From Thermodesulfobacteriota bacterium (GTDB lineage: Bacteria; Desulfobacterota; Binatia; Bin18): DNA of 64,000 bases. The notes below the pieces were generated by a model. That model was not told the origin of the DNA. It worked only from the letters and a program-made list of their open reading frames with translations, and made no database searches. Position numbers and translations under genes: made by a program. Shown in pieces: positions 18,975-28,675 of the stretch. Position 1 is the stretch's first letter. Each line of letters opens with the position of its first letter. The stretch spans positions 3,200,001 to 3,264,000 of the forward strand of contig OZ219926.1 of the NCBI GenBank assembly GCA_964291405.2, read 5' to 3'.

Positions 18975-19940
18975 ATGATGCCGAGTAGGCCGAAGTTTGG
19001 AGAGCTACCGCACGTTGGAGAGACGCAAGAGCGTCACGCCTGGGAGGTCTTTGGGCCGGAAGACCAACTGGGCTCCGTGAATTTACTGACCCCAGAAAAA
19101 GTCAAGCAGGCGGCAGGACTGATTCGGACTGGCCAGGTGTTCAACCTTAGCCTGCCGTTGAATTTCCCTATCACGCTGTACGGCGGATTTCGGAGCAAGG
19201 GCTATCGACACCATATTGAAGTCGGTCGAGGCGGTCGTGACGACTATGTTGATAATTTTGCGATGCAGGGCTCAAGCCAGTGGGACAGCCTGCGTCACAT
19301 TCGCTTTCGTGAGTATGGCTATTACGGCGGCCGGCAGGACGGCGACCTGGACGAAAAGGGTGAACTCGGTATTGAGCACTGGGCTCAGCACGGCATAGTC
19401 GGACGCGGTGTTGTACTGGACGGCGCACGCTATATGGAACAGCAGCAGACGCCGCTTGACATGACGAAAAAGTTCGAGATGGATGGAGCCTTTCTCGAAC
19501 AAGTTGCGCGTGAGCAAAAGGTGCAACTTGAACCGGGCGATATCCTGATCCTGCGAACCGGTTGGCTGGAGTGGTATAAAAGCTTGGATGAAAGAGGGCG
19601 GGAGACGTTGCGAGACACTCTGGGAGTTGGCGAAGCGCCGCATGCCTGTCCGGGTCTGGCCGCCTCGCAAGAGACCGCCGCTTGGCTCTGGGATCGACAG
19701 ATTGCCGCCATTGCCGCAGATAACGTTGCGGTAGAAGCCTTGCCAGTAGACCCGGCAGTTGGCTTTCAGCATCGTCGGCTCATTGCCCTGCAAGGCATGC
19801 CCCTTGGAGAGCTGTTGGATGTGGAGGAACTGGCTCGGGCCTGCGCGCAGGACGGCAGCTATGAGTGTATGCTGGTTGCGATTCCGCTCAATCTGCCCGG
19901 TGGGGTTGGCTCCCCGGCAAATGCCTATGCCATAAAATAA
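18975..19940 (+). CDS. Cyclase (kynurenine formamidase-like) family protein
   Basis: DQLGSVNLL, QGSSQWDSLRH, GIVGRGVVLD, GDILILRTGW, GGVGSPANAYAI. Confidence 0.88.
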   Translation: MMPSRPKFGELPHVGETQERHAWEVFGPEDQLGSVNLLTPEKVKQAAGLIRTGQVFNLSLPLNFPITLYGGFRSKGYRHHIEVGRGGRDDYVDNFAMQGSSQWDSLRHIRFREYGYYGGRQDGDLDEKGELGIEHWAQHGIVGRGVVLDGARYMEQQQTPLDMTKKFEMDGAFLEQVAREQKVQLEPGDILILRTGWLEWYKSLDERGRETLRDTLGVGEAPHACPGLAASQETAAWLWDRQIAAIAADNVAVEALPVDPAVGFQHRRLIALQGMPLGELLDVEELARACAQDGSYECMLVAIPLNLPGGVGSPANAYAIK

Positions 19941-19980
19941 AAGCCGACCGGCGCGGTCGCCCGGAGAGGACTGTGACGAC

Positions 19981-20697
19981 GTGAATCGGACGCTCTGCCC
20001 CTGCGCCCCTACGACCTTCCTGCTCTCCCTTGTCTACATTGACTTGCTCGCTATCTTGCTTGCTCTCGGTCTTGGCTTTGCCTGGCACCAAAATCCTACT
20101 GCGTATACTGGTGAAGGCGACCCGATCACGTGGCTGTCGTTTGCGCATCTTCTCGTGACCAGTGGCGTTGCTGGTAGCGTATTCTACTGTCGGACGGGCG
20201 GCAGTCTAGACCCGGCGGTGTGGCGTCAGCCGGCTTTTGTCTGGCTGCTGATTGCTCTTGGATTTCTTTTCCTGGCAGTAGACGAAGTCGCCAAGATCCA
20301 TGAATCCCTGGACCGTTTCGCGCACCGGCTCTTGCAACGCCCGGAGACCGCTCTGTCTGACCGGCTCGATGACGCGATTCTACTGGGATATGGGTTGAGC
20401 GGTGTGGCCGTCCTGTATATCTACCGCTCCGAGCTGATCTCTTATCGAACGGTTCTCCCCCTGGTGATGTGTGGATTTGTCCTGTTCCTCTTTATGGGGC
20501 TGCTTGATGCCCTGGTGAATCGTCCCGATGTTTTTCTCTTCATGGGCATCAGTCAGGAGGGAAGTGCTGACCTGGGAAAATGGCTCGGCGGTGTTGAGGA
20601 AGGCTTGAAAATTCTGGCTGAAGCGGCCTTCCTTGGCGCGGCCTACACCTGTCTCTTCCTGACAGCAGAGGCCGATTGCGGAAGGGATCGCGATTGA
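19981..20697 (+). CDS. Hypothetical multi-pass membrane protein
   Basis: About 6 hydrophobic segments; FLAVDEVAKIHE and EEGLKI motifs. Confidence 0.7.
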   Translation: MNRTLCPCAPTTFLLSLVYIDLLAILLALGLGFAWHQNPTAYTGEGDPITWLSFAHLLVTSGVAGSVFYCRTGGSLDPAVWRQPAFVWLLIALGFLFLAVDEVAKIHESLDRFAHRLLQRPETALSDRLDDAILLGYGLSGVAVLYIYRSELISYRTVLPLVMCGFVLFLFMGLLDALVNRPDVFLFMGISQEGSADLGKWLGGVEEGLKILAEAAFLGAAYTCLFLTAEADCGRDRD

Positions 20698-20723
20698 CAA
20701 AACCAGCCTTCCCAGAGTAGCTT
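20694..20723 (+). promoter_or_regulatory. Possible sigma70 promoter for xoxF
   Basis: TTGACA (20694-20699), 18 nt spacer, TAGCTT (20718-20723). Confidence 0.4.
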
Positions 20724-20834
20724 TCTCTTGATGGGAAGGGCTCACGACCCCGCTCTCTCGGCAGAGCGAGAGGGGGTGCCCCGGAGAGTGAGTATGCGTT
20801 TCAGATTCCTGAAGAGTAGGCAAAGGAGGGCATT

Positions 20835-22658
20835 ATGAAGACTCGATTTCTCAGAGGGCTTGCTGTTGGGGGGCAGACGATGCTGCTCGTTGCCGGATTG
20901 TTATTCTTGCCGCCTTTTTCTCAACTCGGGCAAGCCTCGCAGGAACTGCTCGACATGCAGCAAAACCACGGCCAGTGGGTGACGACCGGCCGGGACTACG
21001 CCCTCACCCGCTATAGCAGCCTGGACCAGATTTCCATCCAGAATGTCAAAGACCTGAAAGTCGCCTGGACATTTTCGACTGGCGTCCTGCGTGGACACGA
21101 AGGCGCGCCGCTGGTTGTTGGCAACACCATGTATCTTGTGACCCCCTTTCCCAATATCGTGTATGCCCTCGATCTGGCGGACCCAAATCATGGCATTAAG
21201 TGGAAATATGCGCCTGTCCAAAGCGAGGACGCCATTCCGATCGCCTGCTGTGATGTGGTGAATCGGGGCGCAGCCTACGCCGCGGGCAAGATATTTTTCA
21301 ATCAACTCGACGCGCACACGGTCGCCCTTGATGCCGAGACTGGGAAAGAGCTGTGGAAGGTCAAGCAGGGCGACATTAAACAGGGCCAGACCATTACCAT
21401 GGTGCCGCTGGTCGTACGCGACAAAGTCATTACTGGCATAAGCGGAGGTGAGTTTGGTGTGCGCGGGTTTGTCACCGCCAATCACGTCGACACGGGTGAG
21501 CAGGTCTGGCGCGCGTACAGCACCGGACCGGATTCCGAGGTGTTGATTGGTGAAGGTTTTTCCTCCCCGTATGACTCGCACCAAGGCAAGGATCTGGGGG
21601 TCACAACCTGGAAAGGCGAAGAGTGGAAGCGGGGCGGGGGTACGACCTGGGGCTGGTATAGCTACGACCCCGAACTTGACCTGTTCTACTATGGAACCGG
21701 GAATCCGGGTGCCTGGAATCCAGATCAGCGACCGGGTGACAATAAGTGGTCCATGACGCTGTTTGCCCGGAATCCGGATACGGGCCAGGCCAAGTGGGCG
21801 TATCAAATGACCCCACACGACGCCTGGGATTATGACGGTATCAACGAAAGCGTCTTGATTGACCTGCCGGCCAATGGAGATGGCAAAGCCCAGAAAGTCC
21901 TGGTCCACTTCGACCGCAACGGCTTTGCCTACAAGGTCGACCGGACATCCGGCAAGGTCCTGGCGGCGGATAAATTTGGCGAAGTGAACTGGGCCAAAGA
22001 GATTAACCTCGAAACCGGCCGGCCCGTCGAAAACCCGGACAAGCGGACCAAAGAAGGGGTGAATACGGAAGGTATCTGCCCTGGTGCCATGGGCACCAAG
22101 GACCAACAGCCTGTGTCCTATTCACCGAGAACCAAGCTTTTTTATGTGCCTACCAACCATCTATGTATGGATTACGAGGGGATGAAAGTCCGCTATATTG
22201 CCGGCGTGCCCTACGTCGGCGCTATTGTAAAAATGTTCCCTGGACCTGGTGGGCACCGAGGGGAATTCATTGCCTGGGATCCGGTTGCCGGTGAAAAAAA
22301 ATGGGGCATTAAGGAAAAATGGTCAGCCTGGAGCGGGGCGCTTTCGACCGGCGGTGATGTGGTGTTTTACGGGACCATGGACGGCTGGTTCAAAGCGGTC
22401 CACGCCTCGACTGGCGAAGAACTGTGGAAGTTCAAAGCCGGCTCGGGCATTATCGGCGCGCCCATGACCTATCTTGGACCGGATGGCAAGCAGTACGTGG
22501 CGATCATGTCCGGGATCGGTGGCTGGTCCGGCCTGGTTGTCGCCGGTGACCTGTCAACGGACGATCCCACCGCGGCCCTTGGGGCGGTAGGCGCTTTTGC
22601 CGATCTGGGAAAAGACACGAATAAAGGCGGGATGTTATACGTCTTTGCGCTCGAGTAA
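20835..22658 (+). CDS. xoxF: Lanthanide-dependent PQQ methanol dehydrogenase
   Basis: Signal peptide, FSTGVLRGHEG, vicinal ACCDVVNRG, ISGGEFGVRG, and HDAWDYDG with the extra Asp diagnostic of XoxF (MxaF has WDYAG). Confidence 0.92.
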   Translation: MKTRFLRGLAVGGQTMLLVAGLLFLPPFSQLGQASQELLDMQQNHGQWVTTGRDYALTRYSSLDQISIQNVKDLKVAWTFSTGVLRGHEGAPLVVGNTMYLVTPFPNIVYALDLADPNHGIKWKYAPVQSEDAIPIACCDVVNRGAAYAAGKIFFNQLDAHTVALDAETGKELWKVKQGDIKQGQTITMVPLVVRDKVITGISGGEFGVRGFVTANHVDTGEQVWRAYSTGPDSEVLIGEGFSSPYDSHQGKDLGVTTWKGEEWKRGGGTTWGWYSYDPELDLFYYGTGNPGAWNPDQRPGDNKWSMTLFARNPDTGQAKWAYQMTPHDAWDYDGINESVLIDLPANGDGKAQKVLVHFDRNGFAYKVDRTSGKVLAADKFGEVNWAKEINLETGRPVENPDKRTKEGVNTEGICPGAMGTKDQQPVSYSPRTKLFYVPTNHLCMDYEGMKVRYIAGVPYVGAIVKMFPGPGGHRGEFIAWDPVAGEKKWGIKEKWSAWSGALSTGGDVVFYGTMDGWFKAVHASTGEELWKFKAGSGIIGAPMTYLGPDGKQYVAIMSGIGGWSGLVVAGDLSTDDPTAALGAVGAFADLGKDTNKGGMLYVFALE

Positions 22659-22690
22659 ATGAGCGCTCTCGACCCGCTGTAAAGCCTCTT

Positions 22691-23974
22691 ATGCTCAACC
22701 AAACTGAGGGGGGACGACGAGCAGCCCCCCACGCTTCTACCTGTCTCACCCTCCTCCTGCTCCTGTCTGCCTCGCTCTTCTCATCTGTCGCCTGGTCCAC
22801 TGAGACCGCGGAGGCGACCAAACCGTTTCGTGTCTGTGCAGACCCCAATAATCTGCCGTTCTCCAATCAGCAGCAAGAAGGATTCGAGAATAAAATCGCC
22901 GAAGTCCTGGCCCGTGGGCTGGGCCAGGCAGTCGCCTATACATGGTGGCCCCAGCGGCGGGGTTTCCTGCGCAGTACGCTCAACGCTGGCAAGTGCGATG
23001 TGGTCATGGGTCTGCCGGCCGACATCGATATGGTCTTAACGACGCAGCCGTATTACCGTTCGATCTACGCTTTTGTCTATCCCGCAGATGCACCATATAA
23101 TCTGTCCTCCTTTGATGACCCTATCCTCAAAGAATTGAAAGTCGGTGTGCACCTGATCGGTGATGACTATACCAACAGCCCGCCAGCCCATGCGCTGAGC
23201 AGGCGAGGGATTGTGGATAATGTGGTCGGCTACAGCGTCTTTGGCAATTATGCTGACCCCAATCCACCGGGAAAAATCATTGAGGCCGTGGCTAACAAAG
23301 AGATCGATGCGGCGATTGTGTGGGGGCCGATTGGCGGCTATTTCGCTCAACAGCAAGCCGTCCCGCTGAGGGTGGTGCCCGTGTCGTCCGAGGACGAGTC
23401 ACCCTCCCTCCTCCTTGCCTATGATATTGCGCTCGGCGTCCGCAAAAGCGACGAGGCGCTGAAAAACACGCTCAATGACCTGTTGACGCAGCACGCAGCA
23501 GAAATCCAGCAGATCTTGGTCGACTACGGTATTCCCGGTATTGCCTCCCACCCGACCGGGTCTCCCGATCCTCAACAGGACACGGGAGCGTCCGACCCAC
23601 AAGCGTCCCAAGCTTCCGACGAGCAGCCGACTGCGTCTCGTGGTGAGGCTGGACAAGCAGCGGCCAACGGACTGGCAAAGCTCAATCCGTATACGGACAA
23701 TCCAGCGGCGATCATCGAGGGCGAAGAACTCTACAAACTCCTGAACTGCTATAGTTGCCACGGCTTACGGGGTGGGGGAGGAATGGGTCCCGACTTAACG
23801 GATGAGGAATGGAAGGAAGGCACGGGTGATGACACCCGAGTGATGGATCAGGTCATGACCGGGCGCAATAAGATGCCCGGTTACGACGGGGTGATCACTG
23901 AGGAGGAAGCCTGGAAAGTCATCGCCTATGTCCGCACCCTGTATAAGGGAGACCCATCGACCATCGAGTGGTAA
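22691..23974 (+). CDS. XoxJ/MoxJ-type periplasmic binding protein fused to C-terminal cytochrome c (XoxG-like)
   Basis: RVCADPNNLPFSN...GFENKIAE (MoxJ family), a Q/A/S/P linker, then NPY...NCYSCHG..GGGGMGPDL with a distal Met (KMPGY). Confidence 0.88.
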   Translation: MLNQTEGGRRAAPHASTCLTLLLLLSASLFSSVAWSTETAEATKPFRVCADPNNLPFSNQQQEGFENKIAEVLARGLGQAVAYTWWPQRRGFLRSTLNAGKCDVVMGLPADIDMVLTTQPYYRSIYAFVYPADAPYNLSSFDDPILKELKVGVHLIGDDYTNSPPAHALSRRGIVDNVVGYSVFGNYADPNPPGKIIEAVANKEIDAAIVWGPIGGYFAQQQAVPLRVVPVSSEDESPSLLLAYDIALGVRKSDEALKNTLNDLLTQHAAEIQQILVDYGIPGIASHPTGSPDPQQDTGASDPQASQASDEQPTASRGEAGQAAANGLAKLNPYTDNPAAIIEGEELYKLLNCYSCHGLRGGGGMGPDLTDEEWKEGTGDDTRVMDQVMTGRNKMPGYDGVITEEEAWKVIAYVRTLYKGDPSTIEW

Positions 23975-24040
23975 GGGAGGCTGAGGTTTCGTAAGTCTCC
24001 CAGGATCAATCAAAGGAAGACGGGGACAGGGAGCCTGCCT

Positions 24041-27000
24041 ATGTCGTGCCCGAATTGTGGGCAAGTCAACCGGACGGGAGCAAAGTTTTGTGACGAATGT
24101 GGCACTCCTCTGCTGGTCCGTCCGGTTGGTGAAACGGCATCCGTACCGTCAGTTCAGTCAACACGAGAGCCACAGCGGTCACCCGTGCCTGCACCGGTGC
24201 ACGCGCCTACCGGACGGCGGCAGCTGACAGTCATGTTTTGCGACATTGTGGGATCAACGGCCCTCACCGGCCAGCTTGATCCCGAAGAGTGGCAGGACAT
24301 CGTTCGGACGTATCAAGAGACCTGTGCTAGCGTCATTCAACGTTTCGGTGGCTATATCGCCCAATATCTCGGCGATGGGATTTTGGTCTATTTTGGTTAT
24401 CCGATCGCCCACGAGGATGCCGCAGTACGGGCCGTGAAAACAGGTTTGGGCATTCTTGCTCAGCTGGATCAGATGAACAGCCAGCTCCAGCAGACCGAGC
24501 GCCAGCCGTCTTTTCGTCCGAGTACAAAAGACCCGCCGCAGATTCGGCTGCGGATCGGTATTCATACCGGACAGGTTGTGGTGGGCGACGTGGGTGCCGG
24601 CGAGCGGCACGAGCACCTCGCACTCGGCGAGACCCCCAATATTGCAGCGCACCTTCAGACTATTGCCAAGGCCGATACGGTTGTGATGAGTACCGCAGTT
24701 TATCGACTCGTCGAAGGTTTTTTTGAGTGCCAGACGCTCGGGCCACACACGCTCAAAGGCAAGGCGACTCCTATCTCAGTCTACCAAGTCATTAGGGAAG
24801 AAGGCGCGCAAAGCCGGTTTGAGGTAGCGCTTGAAGCCGGCTTGTCTCCTCTGGTCGGACGATCGGAAGAGCTCGCATTCCTGCGGCAACGGTGGGAGGC
24901 GGCCAAGGTCCGAGAGGGACAAGTCGTGCTGCTGGGGGGCGAGCCGGGTATTGGCAAGTCCCGCCTGGTCCAGGAACTCAAAGAGCAGGCAGCCAAGGCG
25001 GGCGAGGCACGCAGAGAATTCCGCTGCTCGTCCTATGCGCGTAACACAGCTTTTTACTCGGTGACCGACCATCTCCAACGCTGGCTGCAATTCCAAGGCG
25101 ATGAACCCGAAGATGAAAAATTTCGCCGTTTAGAGATCGCCTTGGAAGGCTATCGCCATTTGCCGGAGGAGAGTGTAGCTCTCTTTGCCTCCTTATTGGC
25201 ACTACCGTTGCCTGAACGCTTCGCTCCGCTCAGTCTGAGTCCAGAGCGACAGCGACAAAAGACACAGGAAGCCTTGGTCGCTTGGCTGGCTGAAGAATCG
25301 GAAGAGCGGCCCCTCCTCATTGTTTGGGAAGACCTGCATTGGGTCGATCCTTCGACGCTCGATCTCGTGCAGACGCTCATTGAGCGAGCCGCTCCGCTGC
25401 ACCTCTTCGTCCTCCTGGTTTTTCGTTCGTCGGAATTTACTCCTCCATGGCCCCCGCGGCCGCCTGTCCACTTGCTGATACTGAACCGTTTGGAGCGTCG
25501 ACCGATTGAGGAACTCATTACCCATGTCGCCCAAGGCCAACGACTGCCTCCACACCTGGTGGAACATATCGCGGCGCAGACCGATGGCGTTCCACTCTTT
25601 GTTGAAGAGCTGACCAAAACCATTATCGAGGTCGGCGTACCTGAAAATGGCGGGGACGGGGCTCCCCATACGATTCCTGCCACGCTTCAGGATTCATTAA
25701 TGGCCCGGCTTGACCAGCTTAGCAGTACCGCCCGGGATGTTGTCCAAATCGGCGCTGTCCTCGGCCGCGCCTTTTCGTATGCTCTGATCCGGGCGATGTG
25801 GCCGTCCGATGAGCAGCGGCTCACGTGGGGGCTGGCTCAACTCGTAGAGGCTGAGCTGATCTTTCAGAAAGGGATGCTTCCCCAGGCCCGCTGGGTCTTC
25901 AAGCATGCCATGCTCCAAGACACGGCGTATCAGTCTGTGCTCAAGAGTAAACGCCAGCAGATTCATCACCAGGTCGCCGATGTCCTCGTCAAGCAGTTCT
26001 CCGATATCAGACACCAGCAACCGGAATTAGTCGCCCACCATTACACCGAAGCTGGCTTACTCGATCAGGCTATTGGATTTTGGCAGTACGCCGGAGAGCA
26101 GGCTGTGCAACGCTCGGCGCACCGTGAGGGCATAGGCCATTTCCTCAAGGGGCTGGCGCTTCTCAACGAACTGCCGGAGACGCCCGACCGGACCCACAGG
26201 GAGTTGACCATCCAGACCCGCCTAGGTCCGAGTCTTATGGCGACCAAGGGCTACGCCGCCCCGGAGGTGGAACGCGCCTACGCCCGCGCCCAGGAGCTGT
26301 GTCAGCAGCTTGGAGAAACTCCGCAGTCTTTTCAGGTGCTCCGCGGCCTGTGGGTCGTCCACGAGATGCGGGCCGAACTCAGAACGGCGCGGAAGCTGGG
26401 CGAGCAATTACTCGCTTTGGCTCAACACCTGGATGATCCCGACCTGCTCATAGAGGTACATCGAGCCTTAGGCAATACCTTGTTGTGGATCGGGGAGTTT
26501 GCCCATGCGCGAGAACACCTACAAAAAGCCGTGGCGCTGCATAATCCGGAACAGCATAAAGCTCTGGCGTTTCAATACGGTACAGATCCACGAACCGTCT
26601 GTTTGTTATATGAGACGCTGGCCTTATGGGTTTTGGGCTACCCGGAACTGGCTCTACAGAAGAGCCAGGAAGCGCTGGAACGGGCAGAAGAGGGGGCCCA
26701 ACAGCATAGTCTCAGTCTTGCGGCTGCCCTGAACTGGACGGGCCTGCTGCATCAGCTTCGCGGCGAGGCAGGGGTGACCTATGAGCGTGCCGTAGCCGGG
26801 ATTGCCCTCGCGCAGCAGTGCGGGTTCCCCGATTGGGAGTTGATCGGGACGATATTCCGGGATTGGGCTGCAGCCGCGCAATCGCACAACGAAGCGCCTG
26901 TTGAGCAACTGCAAAAGGTGATAGCCGCCTGGTGTGCCACTGGAGCGGAACTCCTCCGACCCTACTTCCTCGGACTTTTGGCCGAGCAGTATGGAAAGAT

Positions 27001-27391
27001 CGGGTGGATTGAAAAGGGTTTAGCTCTCCTTGATGAGGCGCTGGCGGTTGTCAACACCAGTGCGGAGCGTTTCTCGGAAGCGGAGCTATACCGACTGCGA
27101 GGGGAGATGCTGCTGGTGCGGGATGCAAACAGGCTCTCAGCGCAGGCGAGCCCTCCCAGACCAAACAGTGAGGCAGAAGGTTGTTTTCAGAAGGCCCTGT
27201 TTATTGCCCGTAAACAAGGCGCCAAGTCGTGGGAGTTGCGCGCTGTGACGAGCCTGGCCCGGCAGTGGTGCAAACAGGGTAAACGAGAGAGTGCGCGACG
27301 GGTGCTGACAGAGACTACCGATTGGTTTACTGAAGGGCGTGAGACGCAAGACTTTCAAGCTGCCCAAGCCCTGCTTGCCGAATTGGTATAA
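24041..27391 (+). CDS. Zn-ribbon + class III adenylate/guanylate cyclase + AAA/STAND ATPase + TPR protein
   Basis: CPNC/CDEC ribbon, RRQLTVMFCDIVGST, YLGDG, RIGIHTG, GEPGIGKS, WEDLHW, C-terminal SWELRA. Confidence 0.92.
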   Translation: MSCPNCGQVNRTGAKFCDECGTPLLVRPVGETASVPSVQSTREPQRSPVPAPVHAPTGRRQLTVMFCDIVGSTALTGQLDPEEWQDIVRTYQETCASVIQRFGGYIAQYLGDGILVYFGYPIAHEDAAVRAVKTGLGILAQLDQMNSQLQQTERQPSFRPSTKDPPQIRLRIGIHTGQVVVGDVGAGERHEHLALGETPNIAAHLQTIAKADTVVMSTAVYRLVEGFFECQTLGPHTLKGKATPISVYQVIREEGAQSRFEVALEAGLSPLVGRSEELAFLRQRWEAAKVREGQVVLLGGEPGIGKSRLVQELKEQAAKAGEARREFRCSSYARNTAFYSVTDHLQRWLQFQGDEPEDEKFRRLEIALEGYRHLPEESVALFASLLALPLPERFAPLSLSPERQRQKTQEALVAWLAEESEERPLLIVWEDLHWVDPSTLDLVQTLIERAAPLHLFVLLVFRSSEFTPPWPPRPPVHLLILNRLERRPIEELITHVAQGQRLPPHLVEHIAAQTDGVPLFVEELTKTIIEVGVPENGGDGAPHTIPATLQDSLMARLDQLSSTARDVVQIGAVLGRAFSYALIRAMWPSDEQRLTWGLAQLVEAELIFQKGMLPQARWVFKHAMLQDTAYQSVLKSKRQQIHHQVADVLVKQFSDIRHQQPELVAHHYTEAGLLDQAIGFWQYAGEQAVQRSAHREGIGHFLKGLALLNELPETPDRTHRELTIQTRLGPSLMATKGYAAPEVERAYARAQELCQQLGETPQSFQVLRGLWVVHEMRAELRTARKLGEQLLALAQHLDDPDLLIEVHRALGNTLLWIGEFAHAREHLQKAVALHNPEQHKALAFQYGTDPRTVCLLYETLALWVLGYPELALQKSQEALERAEEGAQQHSLSLAAALNWTGLLHQLRGEAGVTYERAVAGIALAQQCGFPDWELIGTIFRDWAAAAQSHNEAPVEQLQKVIAAWCATGAELLRPYFLGLLAEQYGKIGWIEKGLALLDEALAVVNTSAERFSEAELYRLRGEMLLVRDANRLSAQASPPRPNSEAEGCFQKALFIARKQGAKSWELRAVTSLARQWCKQGKRESARRVLTETTDWFTEGRETQDFQAAQALLAELV

Positions 27392-28578
27392 TGATTGAGA
27401 GGCAATACACCACAATGCAAAAGACACTGGGTCTACTGAGTACACTGCTGATAGGCGTCGGGATTACCGCTCACGCCGTCATGGCACAGGCAATTAAAGA
27501 GGAAGACTTGGGGGCGCAGGAAATCCAAGAGAGCCCAACGGCAGATTTGGAAGGGCAGGAAATTCAAGAGAGCCAAGTGGAGGCAGAAGGCATGCTCCAG
27601 GCTGCGGCGGAGGAAACGCCGTCCGAAACCTTTAGCGCCCAGGTATATACGCAGTTACCCGATACCCCGGAGGGGATCGGGGTGGACAGCCAAGGCAACC
27701 TGTATGCCTCGCTGTTCAATACCGGTGAGATCGTGCAGCTCAAAGAGGACGGGCAATACGTCCACATTGCCTGGGTTCCCACCGAAGCCGACAGCGGGAA
27801 GGGCCACGTTCTTGGTCTTGCCTCAGACAAAGACGATAACTTATTCGTGGCCTACAAGGCGCGCTCCAAGTACGACCGGGTCGGCGACCCACGCCACCCT
27901 GCCTGCCGTGATGCAACCGATGTAACGAGTGGAGTCTACCGGATTGATGCCGAAACGCGCGAGGTCACGCCCGTGGCCACCCGCGGGGATGGCTGGCCCT
28001 TTTGCTTTCCCGACGATGTTGCCATTGACGACGTGGGGAATATCTATTTGGCCGATTTGACCTATGCCGGGATTTGGAAAATTACGCTGGACGGTAGAGT
28101 CACCTTGTGGTCAGAGCATCCGCTGCTCCACTGGTCGGCGACGCCCTATTCCGGTTTTCCACTCGGGGTGAATGTCCTTGCCCTTGATGCAGGGCAGCGG
28201 AATATTTATGCAGCCACCAGCGGCGACCCGCTCGTGCTTCGGATCCCGATTCAGCCGGATGGCAGTGCTGACGAGCCGATTGTGGTATCCCGCGGACATA
28301 GCCTCATCGACGGTATTGCCTTGGACGAGGAGGGGAATATTTATGTTTCAGAGATTTTTCGGAACGAAATCATTGGCCTGTCGCCCGACGGTAGGCGACG
28401 GGTGGTGGTCGCGAATAAGCAATCGGCACCGCTGGACGGCAACGCCAGCTTGGTGATCCATGCGGGCATACTCTATGTGGCGAATCTGGGTTTTGCGCAT
28501 TCGCGTTGGCAGGACGCGGACAGGACGGTGGTTGCTATTCAGGGGTTTCCGCGACCGTTCCAAGCGTCGGGGGAGTAG
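27391..28578 (+). CDS. Secreted SMP-30/gluconolactonase-like beta-propeller
   Basis: Signal peptide, PEGIGVD, PDDVAID, DGIALDEEGNIYV; QEIQES repeated at a 39-nt period. Confidence 0.8.
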   Translation: MIERQYTTMQKTLGLLSTLLIGVGITAHAVMAQAIKEEDLGAQEIQESPTADLEGQEIQESQVEAEGMLQAAAEETPSETFSAQVYTQLPDTPEGIGVDSQGNLYASLFNTGEIVQLKEDGQYVHIAWVPTEADSGKGHVLGLASDKDDNLFVAYKARSKYDRVGDPRHPACRDATDVTSGVYRIDAETREVTPVATRGDGWPFCFPDDVAIDDVGNIYLADLTYAGIWKITLDGRVTLWSEHPLLHWSATPYSGFPLGVNVLALDAGQRNIYAATSGDPLVLRIPIQPDGSADEPIVVSRGHSLIDGIALDEEGNIYVSEIFRNEIIGLSPDGRRRVVVANKQSAPLDGNASLVIHAGILYVANLGFAHSRWQDADRTVVAIQGFPRPFQASGE

Positions 28579-28616
28579 AATTCACTACCGAAAGGCATCG
28601 CCTGAAAAATCAAAAG

Positions 28617-28648
28617 AAAAAGGGGCAGGATATTTCCTGCCCCTTTTT
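28617..28648. terminator. Bidirectional intrinsic terminator
   Basis: AAAAAGGGGCAGGA-TATT-TCCTGCCCCTTTTT between convergent genes. Confidence 0.9.
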
Positions 28649-28675
28649 GGTTAGCACGTTAGGAGTATATGCAGC

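Noticed and set aside
20901-22106. 401-aa minus-strand ORF
   Set aside because: Antisense shadow of xoxF with no motifs of its own.
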